A stretch of DNA of 63,957 bases, counting the filler, from Octopus bimaculoides (Eukaryota), in the NCBI RefSeq assembly GCF_001194135.2. It is 6 parts of 6 records of this genome, joined end to end, with 100 filler letters (N's around TTAATTAATTAA, not from the genome) between each part and the next. Parts side by side here need not be neighbours in the genome. Positions count along the whole stretch, not along the records: positions 1 to 27,981 come from NC_068989.1; 5 more parts are not named here. One strand, given 5' to 3'. Of this stretch, positions 11,671 through 22,874 are shown one piece after another (position 1 is the stretch's first letter; every line of letters starts with the position of its first letter). The position numbers and the translations under genes are program-made. The notes beneath the pieces were generated by a model that saw nothing but the letters and a program-made list of their open reading frames with translations, was not told where the DNA came from and made no database searches.

Positions 11671-11924
11671 CAAGAGTTCTCAACCAGGGTCCATATGACC
11701 CTTGGGGGTCCATATAAGATGTTGATATTAAAATGTATGTCCAATAAATTGGTTATAATTCTACAGTACACAAAATATTTTAACAATTTTCTATAAAATT
11801 CCTAATAATATTTAATTATAAAAATGTAAAAGGATTTTGTTAGACATCGAATGGCTTTGAGGGTTCATCCGAGTAAAATAAGAGTCAACGGGGTACATAG
11901 GCAAAACATGGTTGAGTACCACTG
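11671..11924 (+). mobile_element. hAT-type MITE copy 2 (uninterrupted)
   Basis: CAAGAGTTCTCAACC...GGTTGAGTACCACTG followed by GGGTAAAC (11925-11932). Confidence 0.85.
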
Positions 11925-11979
11925 GGGTAAACGATCGCTTTGGAATTTACATTTGCATTTCAGTGTCGCTGTTGTAAAA

Positions 11980-12261
11980 CAGTGGTTCTTAAAGTGGATG
12001 ATACTGCCACTCCTAGGGGGCAATGGAAAGATCTAAGGGCGTTGGAGAAATGTGTTGCAATAATGGGGTGTTGAAAATGTGCGCATTGATGTAAAAAGAA
12101 CAAAATAAAGGGTTAATCAAGTTAAGTTTTATTTGTGAAATGCCGTTGTTTTGAATTTATTGCAGAAAGTGGTCTATGTTTGTGGTGGTGACTGGGATCT
12201 GGGTAGGAACGTGGCCAGAGTGCAAGGGAGCAGCAGCCCGAAAAAAGTGTGGGAACCGCTA
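11980..12261. mobile_element. hAT-type MITE of a second family
   Basis: CAGTGGTTCTTAAAGT...GTGTGGGAACCGCTA; 8-bp flanks TTGTAAAA / TTGTAAGT. Confidence 0.7.
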
Positions 12262-12343
12262 TTGTAAGTTGAGAGAGTTTATATAAGTGTTTCATACATG
12301 ATTTTCACTTATTCTCCATTACTTTGCATGAGTATTATTAACA

Positions 12344-12509
12344 TATAGGCGTAGGAGTGTCTGTGTGGTAAGTAGCTTGCTTACGAACCACATGGTTCCG
12401 GGTTCAGTCCCACTGCGTGGCACTTGTCTTCTACTATAGCCTCGGGCCGACCAAAGCCTAGTGAATGGATTTGGTAGACGGAAAATGAAAGAAGCCCGTC
12501 GTATATATG

Positions 12510-12564
<55 letters not shown>

Positions 12565-12777
12565 GTGCATGTGTGTTGTGTTTGTCCCCCAACATCGCTT
12601 GACAACCGATGTTGATGTATTTACATCCCTGTAACTTAGCGGTTCGGCAAAAGAGACGGATAGAATAAGTACTAGGCTTACAAAGAATAAGGCTTGGGGT
12701 CGATTTGCTCGACTAAAGGTGGTGCTCCAGCATGGCCACAGTCAAATGACTGAAACAAGTAAAATAGTAAAAGAGTA
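12344..12777 (+). mobile_element. SINE family B (ATAGGCGCAGGAGTGGCTGTGTGGTAAG head, internal TA/TG microsatellite, GGCGGTGCTCCAGCATGGCC tail), full length
   Basis: tRNA-like head GGTTCAGTCCCACTGCGTGG, GGATTTGGTAGACGGAAA, tail GGTGCTCCAGCATGGCCACAGTCAAATGACTGAAACAAGTAAAATAGTAAAAGAG. Confidence 0.92.
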
Positions 12778-13110
12778 TTAAAGAGACAAATGTAGTTTAC
12801 TGCAAGGTTTTAATGATTCAAACGCTTATGCACGTTGTTGCCAAGGAGTAAATGATTTGTGAATAAATTTAGCCAGGTCTCAAAAATATTAGAGATTGTA
12901 TGTGGCATTAAATTATATGATATTTCGGCTGCGGTTCAGCACTTTTCTTTTCTGCATAATTCCGTTTGCATAACTCCTGATGCATGTGGAATTTCTTTTA
13001 AACTGTTATTCTCTAAAACCATATTACAGAGCCTTGCTACATCGTTGAATACTTTTATGTTTAGAAATACATTAAATATTCGTTTATTTTATATCTTTAA
13101 GTGTAAAAGC

Positions 13111-13460
13111 ACATGAGTCAGTGTTTAGAGCATCGAGCACACAATCATGAAGTAGTAAGTTCGATTCCCAGACTGGTTGTGTTGTGTTCTTGAGCAAGAC
13201 ACTTTATTTAACATTGTTACAGTTCACTCAGCTGCAGAAAGAGTTGCGATGTCACTAGTACCAAGTTGTATCGGTCATTGCCTTCTCCTTGAATAACATC
13301 GGTGGCGTGGAGAAAGGAAACAGGTATACATTGGCGACTGCAGGTATTCCATAAACGACATTGTCCAAACTAATGCCTCGGCGGGGAACTTTCTGGGTGC
13401 AATCTCATGACCAATCATGACCGAAGGGGGTCTTTACTCTTTATACTTTACACTTTATAC
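13111..13460 (+). mobile_element. tRNA-derived SINE, third family
   Basis: Head ..AGTTCGATTCCC followed by GTGTTCTTGAGCAAGACACTTT..AGTTCACTCAGCTG; (TTTAC)-like tail. Confidence 0.7.
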
Positions 13461-13733
13461 GCTTTATAAGTTCTTAAAGGGGTTAGGTATACTGGGTGTT
13501 GATCTTAAACTTTCGTAAGCTTTGCAGTAGATGTCATAGTTACCCCCTTTTTTTTTGTGAAATCTCGGAAGTTAGCAATGCCGTTATTTGTGGCTTTAAT
13601 TATACTAAGTCACGACTTTTGAAAGACACTCATTAAATCTTTCGTGATATTGTAATAAACAGAGTTTGAATATACATAAATTCACGCTACATACATATGT
13701 ACATACATATGTGTAATGTAATGCGTGTATGTT

Positions 13734-13734
<1 letters not shown>

Positions 13735-13830
<96 letters not shown>
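13735..13830. repeat. (TAA)n + (TA)n microsatellite
   Basis: Direct reading. Confidence 0.95.
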
Positions 13831-13831
<1 letters not shown>

Positions 13832-14798
13832 TAATGACCTATCCAAATAATTTAACACCCCTCTAACAGTATAAATTAAATCCTACCGCTTGATCGAGCA
13901 CGAAGATTCACAAGAATTAAGATTCTTTCAATAATTTCAATTAAGCCATGCGAGAAGGAAAATAATTTCCAACCAAGCCATACTTACAATATCGTCACAA
14001 TAACTTTCTCTTGACATCTTACAATTAGTTTTCAAACACCTATCACCTTACTGACATTCATCAAGGTCTACCTACACATATACAGACAGCAAACAAAGAC
14101 GATATAAAGGCGGACAGGAGAAACAACAGTTAGAAGGACAAGCAAAAAAAAAAAAATAAAAGGACGGGTCATTCGCGGCCTTCTTTCTTCAGTCAAGTTA
14201 CCAGAACTTCTTACTGTTGCGGGCAGTTGCACCGGAGACAGTTCGATCTGGTTACTCCCATCAAAGTCTAAGCTAAAGAGCATTAGATTTTTTTGTAAAA
14301 AAGCTAGCGAATGTGTATGGCAACAAAGACAAAAAAACGGAGAACATGTACACAATTACAAATGCAAACAACAAAATATAACAACAGGTGTCTTTCGACT
14401 GAGGACGAATCAAATTGAGCACGCGTGTATGAATTGAAAGCCTAAAGGCAGGAACATAGGAACATATGTATACATAAGAGGTGTTGGCGGTCGGCAGTCA
14501 GGCCAAGTAAGAAAGATCATGGCTGGCCGGACACCGTTCACGTGGAATGAGGAGGGTGGAGTAGGGGGAAGCGGGATTGAAGGATTAGGAAAAAATCCAG
14601 AGACAAAGGAAAAAGTACAGGAGAGCTAAACGAGGAGGAAAAGTGGAAGTTAAAGAAAGAGAGGGCCAAGAAATGTGAGAGAGAGGGAGCGAGCAAAAGA
14701 AAAGAGGAAAGTATGAGAGGGACTAAAAGATAGAGTAAAAGAGTCGTACGCACATGTGCACGCACATACACACACACACACACACGCACACACAAACA

Positions 14799-14839
<41 letters not shown>

Positions 14840-15180
14840 ACACACACACATATATATAATTTTTTATTCAGAATGNNNNNNNNNNNNNNNNNNNNNNNNN
14901 NNNNNNNNNNNNNNNNNNNNNNNNNNNNNNNNNNNNNNNNNNNNNNNNNNNNNNNNNNNNNNNNNNNNNNNNNNNNNNNNNNNNNNNNNNNNNNNNNNNN
15001 NNNNNNNNNNNNNNNNNNNNNNNNNNNNNNNNNNNNNNNNNNNNNNNNNNNNNNNNNNNNNNNNNNNNNNNNNNNNNNNNNNNNNNNNNNNNNNNNNNNN
15101 NNNNNNNNNNNNNNNNNNNNNNNNNNNNNNNNNNNNNNNNNNNNNNNNNNNNNNNNNTATATATATATATATATATATAT

Positions 15181-15229
<49 letters not shown>

Positions 15230-15453
15230 CATATATATTAGTTTATGTATATATTAATATTATCTCAGGTTAAAAAAACCTTTGACAATGTAAATATGTT
15301 AATAGTTACCATGGGTAGCAAAAATCCCACAAAAAAACAGGATATCACACCCGTTTTATAGGTAGAGATACCAAGTTAAAGCGATGCCTTTTGAGTGGAT
15401 ATGAATAATAACAATAAATGGAGCAAAACGCATATAAATAAAAGTTCCTTTAA

Positions 15454-15540
15454 TTCCTATACATGTTTCAAAATATATGTGTGCTCTCCCCCAAAGAAGT
15501 AAGAGCTGCTGGAATTCCACATATATTAATCTTCAGGGAA
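15454..15540 (-). ncRNA. Hammerhead-ribozyme-like motif (minimal type I) in a PLE-type repeat
   Basis: Minus strand: TTCC-CTGAAGA-TT-AATATATGTG...CACATATATT-TT-GAAAC-ATGTA-TA-GGAA. Perfect 10-bp stem II, palindromic ACATGT stem III, GUA cleavage triplet. Confidence 0.55.
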
Positions 15541-15859
15541 CCAACATATAGAAGCAAGACAAATGCGAAATAATGAGGTAACTTACGAGCTATAATGTTA
15601 CATGGCCAAGTAAGTGACCGTTAGAAGTAAGAACGCTTGTTTACATAGAGTTATAAAGGGAGGGGGCTGTAAACGTAATGCTAAAGGTTTAAATTAAATG
15701 ATTAAAATGGAGGGAAGAAGGCAAAATAGATCACAGTATCCACTTCCTCCCTCTACCATCGTCTCTCTTTCTCTATCTTTCTATCTATCCCTCTATCTAT
15801 CTACCTATCTATCTTTCTTCTTACCCATCGCCCCCTCTCACTCTGCTCCCTTCTGTTGT

Positions 15860-16300
15860 CCTGGCTTCTACTTCACTGCTATACATTTCTGTCTCTTCCT
15901 CCTTGTTACACTTCCTCCTTCTACCATCCTCTCTGCTCTCGTGTGACCTGTGGTCAACTATCCCTTTTCACTCCAGCCGCTGTGAAGACAAGACGAACTG
16001 CTAGCGTTCTACATCAGACTCGCGTTTGGCCGTACGGCTTTTTAATGTTGTTTTCACTGTCCAATTTTTCCTGTCTTGGTTTGTGTTTGCCACCTTGGAA
16101 TCTTCTCTTTAGTGGGGTGATCCACTACTCAGAAAGAGACTATTCTAGAGTACGGTCTGCCTTATCTTCGAAACGTCGAGTTAGAATAGAGGCAGCTGAT
16201 GAAGGAATAATTCCAAGTGGCTATCTGTTTTCCTATGTGTCCGTTCCGTTGTCTGTAGTTCATTGTTCTAACGTCCTGTACCCTGATATGCATCTATATA
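15860..16300 (+). mobile_element. PLE-type terminal repeat fragment with two degenerate hammerhead-like cores
   Basis: ACTC..GAAACGTCGAGT (16127-16181) and CTGATGAAGGAATAATTCC (16196-16214); loosely similar sequence at 63560-63830 (-). Confidence 0.45.
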
Positions 16301-16393
16301 CACATGTAGATGTAAGTATGTACATATATGTGTGTATACATGCATATATATTCTTTGTATTATATATATATATATATATATATATACGATATA

Positions 16394-17170
16394 CGAAGCA
16401 TGGTGGAAAAGTCCATAGGCCGACCAAGATATGCTCATGGAATGTGACCAAATGAAGCTTATTTTTCGGCATAGTCTCCCTTGCGACCTACACACTGTCA
16501 TCATCGGTGTTACAGCGCTTGGCTCTCATTGGTGAAGAAGCTTTCATCTAGTCTGTCAAAAAACTTATCAATGACGTCATCATCACAGCGACACTGGTTC
16601 CCAGTCAAGTGTTTCTTCATGTTCAAAACAGATGATACTCAGATAGGGTCAAATCAGGAGAATAGGGACGGGGAGTAAGCAGCTCAAAGTCACAGTCACG
16701 CACAGCGGCCATTGAAACCAAAGACTTGTGTGGTGGAGCATTGTATTGATGAAACAAAACCCCATTCGCCAGCTTCCCAATCCGTTTGCTTATGAAACAC
16801 TCTCGTAACATCTCAGCAAGTCGGCATGGCACTCTCCAATTATGGTGTGGCCCTTTGAAAGATAGACAATAAACATAATGCCTTTTGCATCCCAGAAAAC
16901 TGAGGGTACCACATTCCCTGCTGATGAAACGCGCTTAAACTTCTTTGGAGCGAGTGAAGAGGGGCTGTTTCCGGTATATGGATTGTCTCTGGCTCTATGT
17001 GAGGAAACCAATTCGTTACTTTTGAAGTCTCCTTTGAAGAGTCAGATGTCAATTTACCTGGAAAGATGCAATGTAGTTATTAATAATGAGAGCTGAAGTT
17101 AATACCTGCAAGATTTCACAGCTCTAGTATCACCGTTATAGTGTATCCTTTCAAATGTCTTCAAATCTGG
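16394..17170 (-). mobile_element. Mariner element, internally deleted (C-terminal transposase half retained)
   Basis: Minus strand: APKKFKRVSSAGNVVPSVFWDAKGIMFIVYL; GVLFHQYNAPPHKS...PYSPDLTLSEYHLF; TIR-like TA-CGAAGCATGGTGGAAAAGT. Confidence 0.9.
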
Positions 17171-17331
17171 CGCGCTAGGTCCGGAAATAATTCTGCAGTT
17201 AATGAATTTCTGCAGCTAATTTAACCGGTTAGAGAACATATATTATTTATTTAAAATTTATTAATGCGGGTAGAAATTGATATTAATCAATTAAAACCAG
17301 TGGTCTAGCATATTAAAAAAATCCGAAGATT

Positions 17332-17510
17332 AAAATTATATTACATACAAAAATAAGAGGAATGACCAGCAAATGTGAATTCCTAAATGCTAGAAATAGA
17401 TGCCGAATCATCTATTTTTTTCGTGGTTAGATGATTCGGCATCTATTTCTAGCATTTAGGAATTCACATTTGCTGGTCATTCCTCTTATTTTTGTATGTA
17501 ATATAATTTT
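17332..17510. repeat. Perfect 83-bp inverted repeat ending at a gap
   Basis: 17332-17414 is the exact reverse complement of 17428-17510; 13-nt spacer. Confidence 0.9.
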
Positions 17511-17618
17511 NNNNNNNNNNNNNNNNNNNNNNNNNNNNNNNNNNNNNNNNNNNNNNNNNNNNNNNNNNNNNNNNNNNNNNNNNNNNNNNNNNNNNNNNNN
17601 NNNNNNNNNNNNNNNNNN

Positions 17619-17655
<37 letters not shown>

Positions 17656-17707
17656 CACATACACACACACATATATATGTATGTATGTATATATTTATTT
17701 ATGTTAA

Positions 17708-18134
17708 GTGCATTACTATACATAAATGCCTCACGCTATGAGGGACTCTTAAAGTCAAAACTACCATAATAAATACAGTGTACCGAACGCGGTACATTAT
17801 TCTGAATATACACGTGTACCGATATGCGATTCGAAAAGCCCGCCTCTTACATATAGGCGTGAACAACTATATGTACTATGCAGGATACATTTAGTGTTCG
17901 TCTGGTATGTTGATATTTTTGTTCATTTTTATGTGTCTTGGTTATGCTTGCACTGACGATTAAAAAGTGCAGCTTGTACACTAATTATGAAATCATATTA
18001 TCTGCGGCTGAATCTGTTTTAAGGAGCACGATTCGAGAGTTGTATTCCCTCGCGTTCGGTACACTGTATTTATTATGATAGTTTTGACTTTACGAGTCCC
18101 TCATAGCGGGAGGCATGTATGTATAGTAATGCTG
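17708..18134. mobile_element. MITE with ~80-bp TIRs, flanked by TTAA
   Basis: 17710-17791 vs 18051-18132 inverted with few mismatches; TTAA at 17704-17707 and 18135-18138. Confidence 0.75.
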
Positions 18135-18539
18135 TTAATATAAATATATATATTTAAAGGGAATAATTAAAATTTTTCCCTTATGAAGTTGTTCACGATG
18201 ACTACTTGATAAATTCTTATAAAGGTTTTATCCTGTTATAAAATGTTATATATGTATATAGATAGAGAGAGAGAGGGGGGAAAGGGAGAGTGAGAGAGAG
18301 AAAAAGAGAGAAGGAAGACAGTGATATTGGTCAATTCAAAATTCTCAAAGAGACGCATTTTACAGTAAAACGAAAGGATATACAAACACGATTGATTAAA
18401 TAGTATATACACTTAAGTAAATAATATATACGCAAAAATGTACTGAAAAGTTCTTTTTTATTTAAATAACTGGTAGTTATTTACCTTTTCAGAAGGGAAT
18501 TCATAAATATTGTAATTTTATCTCGTAACACAATTAATA

Positions 18540-18757
18540 TTGCACCCCTTCGTCATCGTCGTCATCATCATCATCATCATCACCATCATCATCATCATTG
18601 TTATTAACAATCATCATTGTTATCATCTTCAACACCATCATCAATATCAGTGTCATCGCCATCAACGTCATCATCGTTATCATCGTAGTGTTCCTCATCG
18701 CACTCATTATCATCTTAATCATCCCCAGCACAATCAATGTCATTGTTATAATCGTCG

Positions 18758-18803
<46 letters not shown>

Positions 18804-18853
18804 GTATGTATGTATGTATGTATGTATGTATGTATGTATGTATGTATGTATGT
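18540..18853. repeat. Degenerate (CAT)n tract + (TATG)n
   Basis: Direct reading. Confidence 0.9.
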
Positions 18854-18857
18854 TTGT

Positions 18858-18912
18858 GTAGAGCGTCAGACTTTTAATCTGAGAGTCCCAGGTTCGTGTC
18901 CCTCTGCGGGTG
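18858..18912 (+). pseudogene. 5'-truncated tRNA-Lys(UUU)-like sequence
   Basis: GTAGAGCGTCAGACTTTTAATCTGAGAGTCCCAGGTTCGTGTCCCTCTGCGGGTG closely follows eukaryotic tRNA-Lys(TTT): anticodon arm TCAGA-CTTTTAA-TCTGA; acceptor 5' strand missing. Confidence 0.8.
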
Positions 18913-19247
18913 GAGAACTCTTATCACTGGTGGTGCTCCAGAATGGCCACAACCTTAGGGTTGAAGCGTAAAAGAATTAAATTATACTGTTTTTCTATAT
19001 ATTTGCGAGCTGGGTTAAAATACTGATGTGGCTAACAGACAAGTATCCATCAACGAGGATGATCAAATAAGATGGAAATCACGTGATGTGGTAATCTCCG
19101 AGTTAGGAGAGTAGGGAGTTCTCTCCTACCTTGCAATATATACTGAATGCGAAGCGCTCTGAATAACCAGCTGGAGAAGGTGTCCTCCTGGGGTCAAAAC
19201 AGCAGTATCGTCCGTTCTTATAGACCACAACCCTTTAGGTGGAGATA

Positions 19248-19327
<80 letters not shown>

Positions 19328-19330
<3 letters not shown>

Positions 19331-19692
19331 GGCGCAATGTCCCATTGGTTAGGGCAGCGGACTCGCGGTTTCGATTCCCAGACCAGGCGTTGTGAGTGTT
19401 TATTGAGCGAAAACACCTAAAGCTCCACGAGGTTCCAGCAGGGGATGGTGACGAACCCTGCTGTACTCTTTCACCACAACATTCTCTCACTCTTTCTTCC
19501 TGTTTCTGTTGTACCTGTATTTCAAAGGGCCAGCCTTGTCACACTGTGTCACGCTGAATATCCCCGAGAACTACATTAAGGGTACACGTGCCTGTGGAGT
19601 GCTCAGCCACTTGCACGTTAATTTCACGAGCAGGCTGTTCCGTTGATCGGATCGACTGGAACCCTCGACGTCGTAAGCGACGGAGTGCCAAA
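19328..19692 (+). mobile_element. tRNA-derived SINE (GGAGGCGCAATG head) inserted in (TA)n
   Basis: GGAGGCGCAATG..TTGGTTAGGGCAGCGGACTCGCGG..TTCGATTCCC; ends GACGGAGTGCCAA; part of the tRNA arm deleted. Confidence 0.75.
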
Positions 19693-19924
19693 TATATGTA
19701 TATATATATATATATACAGAATCAAATGAAGAATAACAGACTATGGATAATTGTCAGCTCATTACAGCTGTTTCTTACGCATCGCACGCATTATCGTCTT
19801 AGTCATCTCCAGCACCATCAATGTCATTGTTATCGTCGTCATCATTATCGTCATCATGATCATCATCTTCATCATACGCTGTCCGTCGACTGTCGATGAT
19901 GACTGTTCCAATGTGTTGCAATAA

Positions 19925-20018
19925 ATCGTAGCCTCAGAATAAGTGAGGTCAATTTGTTCGACTAAAGGCGGTGCTCCAGAATGGCCACAGTCAAATGACT
20001 GAAACAAATAAAAGAATG
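19925..20018 (+). mobile_element. SINE family B 3' fragment
   Basis: GACTAAAGGCGGTGCTCCAGAATGGCCACAGTCAAATGACTGAAACAAATAAAAGA. Confidence 0.85.
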
Positions 20019-20959
20019 TATATACGTATATANNNNNNNNNNNNNNNNNNNNNNNNNNNNNNNNNNNNNNNNNNNNNNNNNNNNNNNNNNNNNNNNNNNN
20101 NNNNNNNNNNNNNNNNNNNNNNNNNNNNNNNNNNNNNNNNNNNNNNNNNNNNNNNNNNNNNNNNNNNNNNNNNNNNNNNNNNNNNNNNNNNNNNNNNNNN
20201 NNNNNNNNNNNNNNNNNNNNNNNNNNNNNNNNNNNNNNNNNNNNNNNNNNNNNNNNNNNNNNNNNNNNNNNNNNNNNNNNNNNNNNNNNNNNNNNNNNNN
20301 NNNNNNNNNNNNNNNNNNNNNNNNNNNNNNNNNNNNNNNNNNNNNNNNNNNNNNNNNNNNNNNNNNNNNNNNNNNNNNNNNNNNNNNNNNNNNNNNNNNN
20401 NNNNNNNNNNNNNNNNNNNNNNNNNNNNNNNNNNNNNNNNNNNNNNNNNNNTATACATATATATATGAACATACACACACACATATACGCACACACACAC
20501 ACACAGACACACACACACGCACACATAATTTCAGTTAATTTATCTTCATATCTGATCCTTGCTTTGCAATGAACATACTCAAACTGCATTTACTGCATTT
20601 CTGTAAAGTCGAACTTAATGACATACCTACAAAATCCTTTACAATCTTACTAGGTGCCACCACTCCATTACCGCTTAGTGATATGAATATTTCATTGAGA
20701 ATCTAGATGCTTATCTCTTCAGGATATAGGTTTAATATGATTACTAACGCAGATATCCTTTGAACTGTCGTACAGGCGACCTACGGAAATGTGTGTAATA
20801 AACAGAACTGACGTTTTCCCGTGCTTATCTATTCTTTTGCTTGTCACAATCTTTCAATGTTGTTTAATATATTCCATTTATTCAGCAAATTTAGTTCTTT
20901 TTGGTGGCGCTTCATGTCGATTTTGAGTTTCCATTATGTTTTTAGTTTATTTTAAACTT

Positions 20960-21792
20960 CATGGATAATTCTTGTTGTTGCTGTTCTTCTTCTCCTTTTT
21001 CTCTTTCTTCTTCTTCTTCTTCTTCTTCTTTTTCTTCTTCTTCTTCTTCTCCTCCTCCTCCTCCACCTCCTCCTCTTTCTTCTTCCCTCTCCTTCTTCTC
21101 TTCCATCTTCTTACTCCTCCTCCATCTTCTCCTCCCCCTCTTTCTTCTAACCCCTCCCCTTCCTCTTCTTCCATTTTCTTACTCCTCCATCTCCTTCTTC
21201 TTCTTCTTCTTCTTCTTCTTCTCCTCCTCCTCTTTCTTCTTCCCTCTCCTTCTTCTCTTCCATCTTCTTACTCCTCCTCCATCTTCTCCTCCCCCTCTTT
21301 CTTCTAACCCTTCCTCTTCTTCCATTTTCTTACTCCTCCATCTTCTTCTTCTTCTTTTTCTTCTTCTTCTTCTTCTTCTTCTTCTACTTCTCCTCCTCTT
21401 TCTCCCTTCTCGTTCTCCTCCTCCTCCTCCTCTTTCTCCCTTCTCGTTCTCCTCCCCTTCTTCTTCCTCCTCCCCTTCATCTTCCTCCTCTCCTCTTCCA
21501 CTTCTTCTTCCACCTTCTTCCCTTCCTCTTCTATCTTCTCTTTCTTCTTTCCTCCCTTTTCTCATCCCCTTCTTCCTCCTCCCCTCTTCATCTTCATTTT
21601 CTTCTTCTTCTTCTTCTTCTTCTTCTCCTTCTTCTTCTTCTTCTTCTTCTTCTTCTTCTACTTCTCCTCCTCCTCTTTCTCCCTTCTCGTTCTCCTCCTC
21701 CTCCTACTCTTTCTCCCTTCTCGTTCTCCTCCCCTTCCTCTTCCTCCTCCCCTCTTCATCTTCATTTTCTTCTTCTTCTTCTTCTTTTTTCC

Positions 21793-21823
<31 letters not shown>

Positions 21824-21838
21824 CTTCTTCTTCTTCAC

Positions 21839-21872
<34 letters not shown>

Positions 21873-21925
21873 GTCGTCGTCGTCGTCATCATCATCATCA
21901 TCATCTCCTTCGCTTTCTTCTTCTG
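20960..21925. repeat. Polypyrimidine (TTC/TCC/CAT) low-complexity tract with internal block duplications
   Basis: Blocks ~21050-21190 vs ~21225-21345 and ~21380-21460 vs ~21655-21760 recur. Confidence 0.9.
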
Positions 21926-22446
21926 TAAAATTAGTGGGCGTTCATTAAATATTTAAATATCCAATTTAAAATTTGTTTTTTGTTTTNNNNNNNNNNNNNN
22001 NNNNNNNNNNNNNNNNNNNNNNNNNNNNNNNNNNNNNNNNNNNNNNNNNNNNNNNNNNNNNNNNNNNNNNNNNNNNNNNNNNNNNNNNNNNNNNNNNNNN
22101 NNNNNNNNNNNNNNNNNNNNNNNNNNNNNNNNNNNNNNNNNNNNNNNNNNNNNNNNNNNNNNNNNNNNNNNNNNNNNNNNNNNNNNNNNNNNNNNNNNNN
22201 NNNNNNNNNNNNNNNNNNNNNNNNNNNNNNNNNNNNNNNNNNNNNNNNNNNNNNNNNNNNNNNNNNNNNNNNNNNNNNNNNNNNNNNNNNNNNNNNNNNN
22301 NNNNNNNNNNNNNNNTTATTTATTTATTTATTTATCTATTTATTTGCAGTAGCAATGGGGAAGGGCTTTTGTCCGTAGCTTTTACAGGCTCTTTGAGAAG
22401 CGTGAGACATGCGATCGAAAGTTCTCTATAAATGTCGTATGTTGAT

Positions 22447-22560
22447 GGCTATGTGGTAAGAAGTTTGCTTCCCAACCAGGTTCCAGGTTTAGTCACACTG
22501 CGTGAGTTCCTTGGGAAAGTGTCTTTTTTCTAAAATCCCGAGCTGATCAAAGCCCTGCAG
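22447..22560 (+). mobile_element. SINE family B head fragment
   Basis: GTGGTAAGAAGTTTGCTTCCCAACC..CACACTGCGTG..CAAAGCC. Confidence 0.7.
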
Positions 22561-22874
22561 TTGAAAAGCAGAGAGAAAACATGTGTATGTGGGCTAGAGT
22601 TAGGAATGTAGTGGTAAAATATTTTATGACTATCTGTCAATTGACCCTTCTGTTTTTTTTTTTTGTTTTTTTTTTCCCGATGCCTTGACTCTGTAAATCA
22701 TCGTTCTACAAGCTCTGACCTTCAATAACACCAGTTATGCAGATGATATTATATTCCTTTTCTGCTTTAGCCAAGTGATCTCAGAAAGATCTACGAAAAA
22801 TCACCGAGTAAGGTGATACATAGATTGAGATGACTGGATGAAGAGCGAATTTCACAAAGAAATTCTCTGAGACA

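Noticed and set aside
14380-14450. Possible hammerhead in the repeat around TCTTTCGACTGAGGACG
   Set aside because: No CUGANGA/GAAAC pair in correct order on either strand.
17332-17510. Perfect 83-bp hairpin as a candidate structural RNA or young palindrome
   Set aside because: Zero mismatches and it terminates exactly at an N-gap; most likely a fold-back assembly or library artefact. Only long reads could rescue it.
18858-18912. Functional tRNA-Lys gene
   Set aside because: 5' acceptor strand and A-box start are replaced by (TATG)n; T-loop mutated.
20961-21956. 331-aa Ser/Phe/Leu-rich ORF
   Set aside because: Polypyrimidine low-complexity tract; not credible as coding.
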